This document shows positions 49,887 through 57,882 of a DNA stretch of 64,000 bases, one piece after another. The notes beneath the pieces were generated by a model. That model saw only the letters and a program-made list of their open reading frames with translations, was not told where the DNA came from and did no database searches. How positions within the stretch are numbered: position 1 is the stretch's first letter; each line of letters begins with the position of its first letter. The DNA lies in NCBI GenBank assembly GCA_050952645.1, contig JBMNLI010000009.1, positions 1,800-65,799 on the forward strand, given 5' to 3'. Made by a program: the position numbers and the translations under genes. Source of the stretch: Bdellovibrionota bacterium. GTDB taxonomy: Bacteria > Bdellovibrionota_C > UBA2361 > CAKMMH01.

Positions 49887-51212
49887 TTAATCGATAACTA
49901 ACTCATCTTTTAAATTTCTTAAATTTACATCTATTTTTTTCTTTTTAAAATCTTCTTCAAAACTACTAGTCTTACTTACTACTTTCCAAGTCGCTTTTTG
50001 GTTTTGATAAGAGTATTTAAATATCTCTCGTTGACGCACGACATTATCTGCCATCGATGTTATCTCCCTAACGTCCATAATTCTTCTAAATCCAGAGTTA
50101 TGACAAATATCGAGATGCACTATTATTTGAACTGCGCTAGCGATTTGTTCTTTTAAAATATTATTAGCTACCATTTTTTGAGCTCTTCCTAAAAAAAGCT
50201 CTAGTCTCGATATAGCATCAGCCGAGGATTTAGCATGAATAGTCGACATTCCAGAGTGCCCAGAGGCGCAAACATCTATAAAAGCCTCAGCAGCTCTAGC
50301 ATCTCTAATCTCTCCAAAAATTATTCTATTCATAGCCATACGCATTCCAGCCCTAATACATTCTGCAGGAGAGATAAGCCCAGCATTATCCGTGTTTGCC
50401 TCTCTTATTCTTAAATATCTTACGTGCGGATGCTCTAAGATAATTTCGGGAGTATCTTCTATAACTAAAATAGATTCTTCTTTAAATATACTAGATGCGA
50501 GTGCTCGAACGAGAGTAGTTTTTCCAGTGCCAACCTCGCCTGCTATAAAAATAGTAAGCCCAGATTTAACGGCAGCATTTAAATAATCGAAAACTTCTTT
50601 TGGGGCTAGGGAGTATTTTATTAAATCTTCTACCTTAACTTTTGAAAATCTGTTTATTCTTAAAGTCAGGTAGGGACCTTTTTCGCATATCGATTGATGC
50701 ACGGCATGCACACGGACAAATCCTCCTATAGTGCCGTCTGTAATCGGGTGGGCGGTAGAGTAAGTAGTGCCGGCTTTTTGAAGCAACCTTTCTACGTAAT
50801 TTATATAACTTTCTTTATTTGGAAAGGTGATATCTGTTTTATAGTTCTTTCTTTTTTGTTGAACGGAGACATCATCAAAATCTGTAATAATAATATCGCT
50901 AATTTCAGGCGAGTCTACAAGAGATTGTAAAACCCCAAAAGGTTTTTGCTCTTTTTCTAATTGTTCTAAAATCTCATCTCTTTCAAACGATGAAAGTTCA
51001 AATCCGTGGCGAACTGAAATAATATCTATTAAATCGCAGAAATCTTTTTGAGTATACTCGCCCTCATCTTTTGAAAAATCTTTTCCAAGCTCTATTCTAA
51101 TTTCTCTTATTATATACGATAGTGCAGGAGGAAGCCCAGTTTTTACCACGGTAGGTTCTTTTATAATCTCTTCACCAAATTCTTGTTTTATACTTCTCCA
51201 ATCTCTTTGCAA
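49887..51212 (-). CDS. tadA: Tad/Flp pilus assembly ATPase TadA/CpaF
   Basis: 441 aa. Walker A IFIAGEVGTGKTTLVRAL, VirB11/CpaF-type Asp and His boxes (ILVIEDTPEI; IFGEIRDA...HSGMSTIHA). Confidence 0.9.
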   Translation of the reverse strand: MQRDWRSIKQEFGEEIIKEPTVVKTGLPPALSYIIREIRIELGKDFSKDEGEYTQKDFCDLIDIISVRHGFELSSFERDEILEQLEKEQKPFGVLQSLVDSPEISDIIITDFDDVSVQQKRKNYKTDITFPNKESYINYVERLLQKAGTTYSTAHPITDGTIGGFVRVHAVHQSICEKGPYLTLRINRFSKVKVEDLIKYSLAPKEVFDYLNAAVKSGLTIFIAGEVGTGKTTLVRALASSIFKEESILVIEDTPEIILEHPHVRYLRIREANTDNAGLISPAECIRAGMRMAMNRIIFGEIRDARAAEAFIDVCASGHSGMSTIHAKSSADAISRLELFLGRAQKMVANNILKEQIASAVQIIVHLDICHNSGFRRIMDVREITSMADNVVRQREIFKYSYQNQKATWKVVSKTSSFEEDFKKKKIDVNLRNLKDELVID

Positions 51213-51242
51213 AATTTTCTCCTAAACTTATCTTATATTTTT

Positions 51243-51347
51243 GGCTCTTCACGTTTTAAGGTAGGTTTTAGACCTTAAAATTAGTATCACTCACCTCGAC
51301 GAAGCCAAAAAAACAATTTTTCTAACCCACCTAAAACGTGAAGAACC
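51243..51347 (-). mobile_element. short (105 bp) deletion derivative of the MITE family, inverted orientation, perfect 8-bp TSD ATATTTTT
   Basis: GGCTCTTCACGTTTTAAGGTAGG ... CCACCTAAAACGTGAAGAACC. TSD at 51235-51242 and 51348-51355. Sits in the cpaB-tadA intergenic region. Confidence 0.8.
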
Positions 51348-51452
51348 ATATTTTTTAATTTTACTTTTAAAATTCTAAGTTTCTCGTTTCACGTTTTTTT
51401 ATTTTACAATTTTATTTTATATTTTTATTTATCATTAATTATTTATCATTAA

Positions 51453-52343
51453 TTATTTATCATCAATTATAAAGCCTTTAGGAATAGAGTTAGACTTTAC
51501 CCATTTATCTCCTGAAAGAGCAAATATCTTATCTGCATTTCCCCCTTCTCCTTTAACTGAAACCACAGCTTTTATAGTATCTTTTTTACTCCCTCCGATA
51601 GGTCTTCCCTTTAAATTATCTGGACTAAAGATATTTTCTTCCCAGTTTGCCTCATCGTTTGCACTTCTTAACGCAAAAGCTATGCGTCCTAATGGAATCG
51701 CAGTGTTGATCGCTAAGCATTGTTTTTGAGTTACTAAAAGAGTAACGGTGCTTGGGATATTTGGTGATTTTTCACTAGCAACTGGAGCCGTGGAGCGTTC
51801 CTGAGAAAGGATTTTTACTTTCTCTGCTATAACAGATGTTTTATGTTTTTGAACGAGCAAAACGTCTACTAAGCTTCCCGAACCTGCCCAACCCTCCACA
51901 GAGGATGTAGCATCTACTCTTATAGTCATAGCACGCATACCTTTAGGAATTTTATCTACTACTGGGTTTTGAGGGTAGGCTGTAAAACTAAAATTAACAT
52001 CGAACACTGGCAAGTTTGCAGGAAGTTTAGTTAGTGCTATAGCTTCTTGCATTCCACTTAAATCTAAAAGAGCACCTTGTGGCACTTGGTGTTTAGGAAA
52101 TGATACTTGTTTAAATTTTATATCTCTTACTTTAGTTCCCATAGGAACTAGCGTAGCTGGAACGGGAACTTTTACGGTATTAAACTCTGCTACTACCGCT
52201 ACATTTTCTTTGGCTTTCTTATTAACGCTATTAGAAATAATAATGGAAGATATTATTAAAGATAAACAAATTATTAGCACTATTAATAATTGGTTTTTTC
52301 TTTTATTTCTTTGATTGATATAAGAATTTTTTCTTTGAACCAT
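51453..52343 (-). CDS. cpaB: Flp pilus assembly protein CpaB/RcpC
   Basis: 296 aa. N-terminal TM anchor, SAF-like and RcpC beta-clip-like regions. Confidence 0.65.
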   Translation of the reverse strand: MVQRKNSYINQRNKRKNQLLIVLIICLSLIISSIIISNSVNKKAKENVAVVAEFNTVKVPVPATLVPMGTKVRDIKFKQVSFPKHQVPQGALLDLSGMQEAIALTKLPANLPVFDVNFSFTAYPQNPVVDKIPKGMRAMTIRVDATSSVEGWAGSGSLVDVLLVQKHKTSVIAEKVKILSQERSTAPVASEKSPNIPSTVTLLVTQKQCLAINTAIPLGRIAFALRSANDEANWEENIFSPDNLKGRPIGGSKKDTIKAVVSVKGEGGNADKIFALSGDKWVKSNSIPKGFIIDDK

Positions 52344-52573
52344 AAAATTACTGCCTCTTTATAGAATTCAATTACCATCTTTTTTTAAAAAAAAAATTTT
52401 ATATAGAAAGCCAAAGCTATTTTTAAAAAATTACTTTTAAAATAATACTTATAAATAATACTTATAAACAATATAAGTAAGATTTAAGAGAAGATGTTTA
52501 AAAAGATTATAAACATCTTCTCTTTACTACTTACATTATTACTTACATTTATTTATTAAAACACACGCTACTT

Positions 52574-52798
52574 CTAATTACCGCCACCAGAACCGCCGCC
52601 AGTAGTGCCTGCATCTAAAGTAATCCCTGTAGGTAAATCACCAGAACGGTCTACAGCCCAATCCCCAATATTAGTAGCTGCTGTTTGAAGTTTTCCGCCC
52701 ATTGCTTGCAAAACTGCAAATACGATAACTGCAACTACAGCAGCACCTGCACAATATTCAAGTAGTGTTAATCCTTTTTGGTTTCGTTTTCTTAACAT
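52574..52798 (-). CDS. flp: Flp-family type IVb pilin with Gly/Thr-rich C-terminal tail
   Basis: 74 aa. Prepilin motif ...QKG/LTLLEYCAGAAVVAVIVFAVL (G/xxxxEY), hydrophobic helix, tail DAGTTGGGSGGGN. RBS AAAGGAGAATAT before the ATG. Confidence 0.7.
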   Translation of the reverse strand: MLRKRNQKGLTLLEYCAGAAVVAVIVFAVLQAMGGKLQTAATNIGDWAVDRSGDLPTGITLDAGTTGGGSGGGN

Positions 52799-52847
52799 AT
52801 ATTCTCCTTTTATAAGAAAAAATAAAAAATTAAATTTAAAACTAAAT

Positions 52848-54281
52848 TTAAACTGCTTTAGTAAAAAACTTTTTTTCTTCCTTTTCTTCTCTTTTTTCTC
52901 TTTTTTCCTCGTCTTCTTTTATATCATATTTTTGAGCTTTATAGTCTATAGTTTTTTTAGGCTCTGCTATTTTTTCTAAATTTTTATCTTCTAACATCTT
53001 GCTACGTTTATCTTCTTTACTATTTTTATAAGTATCTATAAAGCTACTAAATATTGTAGCAATCTTTTTAATATATCCAAGTATTATTTCTTTTATTCCA
53101 ATTTTTGAAATCTCATATTTACGATTATCTATTTTTTCACTTAATGCAAAGAGTATATCTTTAAGCCTTTTATCCGCTTGTGAATAGAATGTAGCGCCAG
53201 ACCCTGGCCATCTTCCGTGGGATGGAACATAGTTTATTGCGTAAGGAAAAAAAGCATCTTCTAATAATAAAGAAGAAGTTAAAACCTCATTTTTTAATAT
53301 ATCAGATGAAATAAGCGTTCTTTCATGTCTATTTTCTACGATATATAACTTTGCATCTGATGATAAATAATTTTTTGCATTTTTTATAAGTTCTAAGTTT
53401 GCAAAAATAGATGCAGGATCATTATTTATAATAACTAAAAGCACATCACAAACTCTATATAGACTAGTTTTTAACACTCCTTTAAAACAAGCTAAATCGA
53501 TTATTATATAATCAAAATAAGTATCTAAATTTTCTAATACCGATAAGAAATTTTTATAGTATGAAGATTTAATAGAGTATATATTTTCAACCTCAACGGT
53601 TGGGGTCATACAATATAAATTTTCCTCATCATCCCATACATTAAAATAACACTCCTTTAGTGAGTCTTGAGTTATAGGTTTTAAACCGTCTAGAATCAAA
53701 CCTAAACTTTCATTTATAAAAGGACGCACTTGTAAGAATCTGCTTAAATCTTGGCTTTCTATATCGCAATCTACTAGTAAAACTTTCTTTCCTTTATCTA
53801 GATAAATCTCTCCTAATGCAGAAACGATGGAAGTTACGCCCGAACCTCCCTTTCCACTATCTACTACTATTATTTTTGAATTTTGTTTTTTATTTGTTTT
53901 CCTTACTAATATAATTAGTTTTCTAAAAAAATCGTTTGAGGTAATGTTATCTAGAAAAATATCAGTAACTCCAAGCCTAGCTAGTTCTTCGATAATAAAA
54001 AGTTTATTTAAACTCTCATCTATCCAAGCGATTATAATAATATTAGGAAATAGTGTTTTGATATCACTAATAATACCTCTATCCTCAGAGAGGATCTCGC
54101 TTCCTAAGAGAATTAGTTTTGGGGATTTTTGAAAGCTAAGCTCTTCAATAGAAATAGATTTAACACTTATCCTTGGGATAATATCGGCACTTTGTGAGCC
54201 TGCATATATAAAATCACACAGTCTATTTCTTATTTTATTTCTAGACTCAGCACTCTTATCTAAGATTAATAATTCTAACAT
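52848..54281 (-). CDS. tadZ: TadZ/CpaE-like pilus localisation ATPase (N-terminal receiver-like domain plus MinD/ParA-like domain with atypical Walker A)
   Basis: 477 aa. IIVVDSGKGGSGVTSIVSALG is a deviant Walker A lacking the second Lys, as is usual for TadZ. Acidic/basic C-terminal tail. Confidence 0.65.
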   Translation of the reverse strand: MLELLILDKSAESRNKIRNRLCDFIYAGSQSADIIPRISVKSISIEELSFQKSPKLILLGSEILSEDRGIISDIKTLFPNIIIIAWIDESLNKLFIIEELARLGVTDIFLDNITSNDFFRKLIILVRKTNKKQNSKIIVVDSGKGGSGVTSIVSALGEIYLDKGKKVLLVDCDIESQDLSRFLQVRPFINESLGLILDGLKPITQDSLKECYFNVWDDEENLYCMTPTVEVENIYSIKSSYYKNFLSVLENLDTYFDYIIIDLACFKGVLKTSLYRVCDVLLVIINNDPASIFANLELIKNAKNYLSSDAKLYIVENRHERTLISSDILKNEVLTSSLLLEDAFFPYAINYVPSHGRWPGSGATFYSQADKRLKDILFALSEKIDNRKYEISKIGIKEIILGYIKKIATIFSSFIDTYKNSKEDKRSKMLEDKNLEKIAEPKKTIDYKAQKYDIKEDEEKREKREEKEEKKFFTKAV

Positions 54282-54556
54282 ACAAGCCCTAAAATTAGTT
54301 TTATATTAAATTTTATTAGAAAGTTTTCGCCTTAAAAAAAGCGTTAAAAGATAAATTGAAAAAGCACACGTATACTTTAATTATATAATTTTTCAAAATC
54401 TATAGCAAATAAAACAATGTTTTATATAACCTTATAATAGACTACTTCTTCCTTTTATCAAAATAAATTTACGTGCAATTCTTAAATACGTATTATTTTA
54501 GCTTCTTTTTTTAATATTTTTCATATATATAATAGATAAGTGAGTTTATTAAAGTT

Positions 54557-56554
54557 ATGAAAAAGAGACAATTTTTATTTATTTTTATAATATTTATAGC
54601 CTTTTTAGTTAGGTATCCTTTCGTTGGTGCAGGGCTACCCTACTTTCAAAATGAAGATGAAATGCATCACTTTAATAGAACTGTAAGAATGGTGCAATCA
54701 GGTTCCTTTAACCCGAATTATTTTTTAAAGCCAAGCCTCCATTTTTATATGCGTATTCCCGTAGTGGCTCTATCTTTTATTTGGAACGTTAGAAAGGGAC
54801 ACGTTAAAACGCTATCAGATATAAAAATTACTAATCCATACGGCATCGCATCGCACTCTAGCACCGCTTCTCATATAGGTATAGTAAAGTGGAATAGAAT
54901 GTTTAGCTTAACGCTTAGCATTTTAACTTTAGTTTTAATATTTTTTATAATAAAAGAGCTTACTAATAATTATTATACATCCGTTTTAGGTTCTTTACTC
55001 TTTGCTTTATCACCTCCACAAATAGAATTATCTACGCAAATAAATGTCGATGTCCCCGTGATGTTTCTATGTTGTTTTGCAGTTTTTATCGCTATAAAAA
55101 CTTATAACAAATTTTCAGTTTCAAATTTAATCTTCCTTTCTATAATTTCAGGTTTTGCGATTTCGACTAAATATAATGCAATGCCAATCTATTTTTTACC
55201 TTTTTTTACTCTTATCGCTAGCAATAAAATAAATTTAAAAAATTGCTGTATCGCTTTTATAACTCCTATAGTAGCATTTTTTATTGCATCTCCTTATGCA
55301 TTTATAAATTATAACTTATTTCTAGACCATTTAGCTTTTGAGGTAAAACATTATGGAGTAGATGGACACGTTGGGCACTTAGCAGACCCAGGGCTTCAGC
55401 AACTTTTGTTTTATTCAAAATGGTTTTGTGTAAATGCTATAGGGTGGATACCTTTTATATGTTTCTTATATGGAGTTATTGTAGTTTGCGCTAAAAGTTT
55501 TTCTAAATCTATAAATAAATTTTCTATACAAAAACATTTGTTAGTTTTATCATTTCCACTTCTTTTCTTAACTCTTATGATATTTCAAAGAGCAAACTTT
55601 ACTAGAAATATGTTAATGGCACTACCTTTTGTGTGTATTTTTGCGAGCATTGGTTTTTCAAAAATTTTAAAAATTTTTTTACAAAAAAACTTAGAGAAAA
55701 AAAATAAGATAATTACTATTTGTATTCTAGTTTTTTTCGTGCAAGTAGCCGTTCAAACATTTTTTGTAGAAAAAAAAGTTTTAAATATAAAAGACACTAG
55801 AACCGATGTTAGTGCTTGGGTTAGAGATAATCATAGCGGTGATTATAGTATATTTGTTAGCGGCAAATTAGACTTAGAGCATAATATTTTTGCTTATCCT
55901 AATATTATTAGAATAGATGAAACGACTTCACCTCTAAAGTTATATAATAAACATGGTAAATATTTAATTTTACCTAAGTATATAAAAAATCCTTACGAAA
56001 ATTTTTATAAGGAGTATAAGGTATTTAATGGGCAAGAAAAGGATCCTAAAAATAGATTATATGTAAATCCAAATATAGTTATATATGAAAAAGTTCCACT
56101 AGAAAATCTATCTATCGATGATATAAAGACGTCTGCGTTAGATGTATCAGATATGTTTAATATTTACTCAAATAAGTATTCAGTTTCTATAAAGTGTGAT
56201 AATAATAAAAAACTAAATGAAAAAGATGTGGACAAAAAAATAGATAAAGATTGTTGGCTCACATCTAATATAAATAAGGTAAGTCTTAAAAAATTTAATA
56301 TTTCTAATAAAACATTACATTTTTCTTATATGAATCCTTGGCAAAATCAAAATGTAAAAATACTAGTAGGAGATAAGGTTATAGATGCTACTTGTAAAGA
56401 TATTAAGCCTTGGGAGGTTTGTAAAAAGGAAATTAGTATTCCTAAAATAGATGGTAATGCTGAGAATATTTATATATTAGTGCAAAAACTTATATCCCCA
56501 TATTACGCTAAATATAGCCAAGATGAGCGTTTCTTAGGAATTTCAGTTAAATAA
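54557..56554 (+). CDS. GT-C superfamily glycosyltransferase (ArnT/PMT-like, GT39/GT83-type)
   Basis: 665 aa. About 11-12 N-terminal TM helices with the DE motif in the first extracytoplasmic loop (YFQNEDEMHH), then a ~250-aa soluble C-terminal domain. Confidence 0.6.
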   Translation: MKKRQFLFIFIIFIAFLVRYPFVGAGLPYFQNEDEMHHFNRTVRMVQSGSFNPNYFLKPSLHFYMRIPVVALSFIWNVRKGHVKTLSDIKITNPYGIASHSSTASHIGIVKWNRMFSLTLSILTLVLIFFIIKELTNNYYTSVLGSLLFALSPPQIELSTQINVDVPVMFLCCFAVFIAIKTYNKFSVSNLIFLSIISGFAISTKYNAMPIYFLPFFTLIASNKINLKNCCIAFITPIVAFFIASPYAFINYNLFLDHLAFEVKHYGVDGHVGHLADPGLQQLLFYSKWFCVNAIGWIPFICFLYGVIVVCAKSFSKSINKFSIQKHLLVLSFPLLFLTLMIFQRANFTRNMLMALPFVCIFASIGFSKILKIFLQKNLEKKNKIITICILVFFVQVAVQTFFVEKKVLNIKDTRTDVSAWVRDNHSGDYSIFVSGKLDLEHNIFAYPNIIRIDETTSPLKLYNKHGKYLILPKYIKNPYENFYKEYKVFNGQEKDPKNRLYVNPNIVIYEKVPLENLSIDDIKTSALDVSDMFNIYSNKYSVSIKCDNNKKLNEKDVDKKIDKDCWLTSNINKVSLKKFNISNKTLHFSYMNPWQNQNVKILVGDKVIDATCKDIKPWEVCKKEISIPKIDGNAENIYILVQKLISPYYAKYSQDERFLGISVK

Positions 56555-56689
56555 TTAAAAAATATACTTGTTAAATAAATATAACGATGTATTATTGAAA
56601 AACGTTTCGTTTAAGGAGGTTTTAAGAAATACTTAAACCAAAACTAAAAGAGAAACCCCCAAAAAAAGACAAATAGAAAGGGTTTTATT

Positions 56690-57118
56690 GTGGGCGACAC
56701 TAAATGGAAAGATGGTCCTTTACAATTAAATGGGGCTGATGTAAAAGAAACTGTTGCAAATAGGTCAGAGGTTGGTGGATATCTGGTTTTTTGCATTCGC
56801 TTTACAAAGCTTCCTAGTAAAGTAGAGGGTAATTTGCCACAAACGATCGCAAGACTTTTAGACGACATGCTCGAAAGAGGAACGACGAAAAAGGGAAATG
56901 ACAAAGAAAACGAGTCGTTTAAAAAACCGATCGTCGTTGTATACCTTAGTGAGTATTACAAAGAGCAAGCGCAAGAAATTGTAGACGCCCTTAAAAATTA
57001 CTTAAAAGGGCGAACGGCTGGCTTTGCATACGTTACTAATGGCGCTATCGGCTCTAATAGTTTTGCGTATAGCAATATAAATGATGTGGCAGGGGTTTTT
57101 AGTAAGCTTGGCTTTTAA
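56690..57118 (+). CDS. hypothetical protein in a locally GC-enriched segment (GTG start)
   Basis: 142 aa. Local GC about 40% against a background of about 27%. No family recognised. Confidence 0.4.
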   Translation: MGDTKWKDGPLQLNGADVKETVANRSEVGGYLVFCIRFTKLPSKVEGNLPQTIARLLDDMLERGTTKKGNDKENESFKKPIVVVYLSEYYKEQAQEIVDALKNYLKGRTAGFAYVTNGAIGSNSFAYSNINDVAGVFSKLGF

Positions 57119-57130
57119 CCCTAAAAAAAA

Positions 57131-57172
57131 TTTAACGATTAGGCTAAATTTTTAACTAGCCTAATCGTTAAA
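57131..57172. terminator. perfect 16-bp-arm hairpin (TTTAACGATTAGGCTA ... TAGCCTAATCGTTAAA), probably a bidirectional terminator
   Basis: The minus-strand reading is followed by T8; the plus-strand reading by a weaker T-run. Confidence 0.5.
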
Positions 57173-57263
57173 GTGTGTCCCTTTTAGTTTTACTTATGTA
57201 TTACCAAAGGTTTTACTAAAAAAATACTCTAACGCTACAATGTAGCAGGAGGAAAAAATAAAG

Positions 57264-57716
57264 ATGCCTGACGATGGGAATGAAAGTACATTAAGTCTTG
57301 ATCGAGAACGAGGAATCGATGTATTTCGGTTAAAACTTAGTGGTGATAAAAAAGCGAATATTCTTTTAGTATTTTTAAAATTACTTGAAGAAAATTTTCC
57401 ATCTATCAAACCAGAAAAGAAAAAATCTCCTAGGATTCTCGTGATTGAGTTTAATGAAGCTTATAACTATGATAAGCAAAATAAAACTCAAAATGAGCAA
57501 GATAAAACTCAAGATGAGCTTCTAGAAGAACTTATTAAAGGCGACTTAAAAGGTTTAGTCGATGCTATTGTTTTTTGTTATCTTGATAAAAAATACGATA
57601 CGTATTTTATACTAGATGGCAATAACCCTAACTGTGAAGAAATCGAAAAACTTATAAAGAAAAAAACTCGGCTCATATCTCGTATCATCTCGAGGATAAG
57701 GAAATTTTTTCTTTAA
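57264..57716 (+). CDS. hypothetical protein
   Basis: 150 aa ORF. No family recognised. Confidence 0.35.
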   Translation: MPDDGNESTLSLDRERGIDVFRLKLSGDKKANILLVFLKLLEENFPSIKPEKKKSPRILVIEFNEAYNYDKQNKTQNEQDKTQDELLEELIKGDLKGLVDAIVFCYLDKKYDTYFILDGNNPNCEEIEKLIKKKTRLISRIISRIRKFFL

Positions 57717-57882
57717 AACGAAACTATAATACAAGGCCTTATAAGCTAGAATACGTGTTGCGCGTGATAAAACACACATGCGTGGCGTAACCTCTCGCTA
57801 TAAGGCTATTTTTTTTAACTTTAGTCTTAATAAAAAAATAAAGAAAAATTTTTCAACTCTTTAAACTTAAAATTTTATTTTA

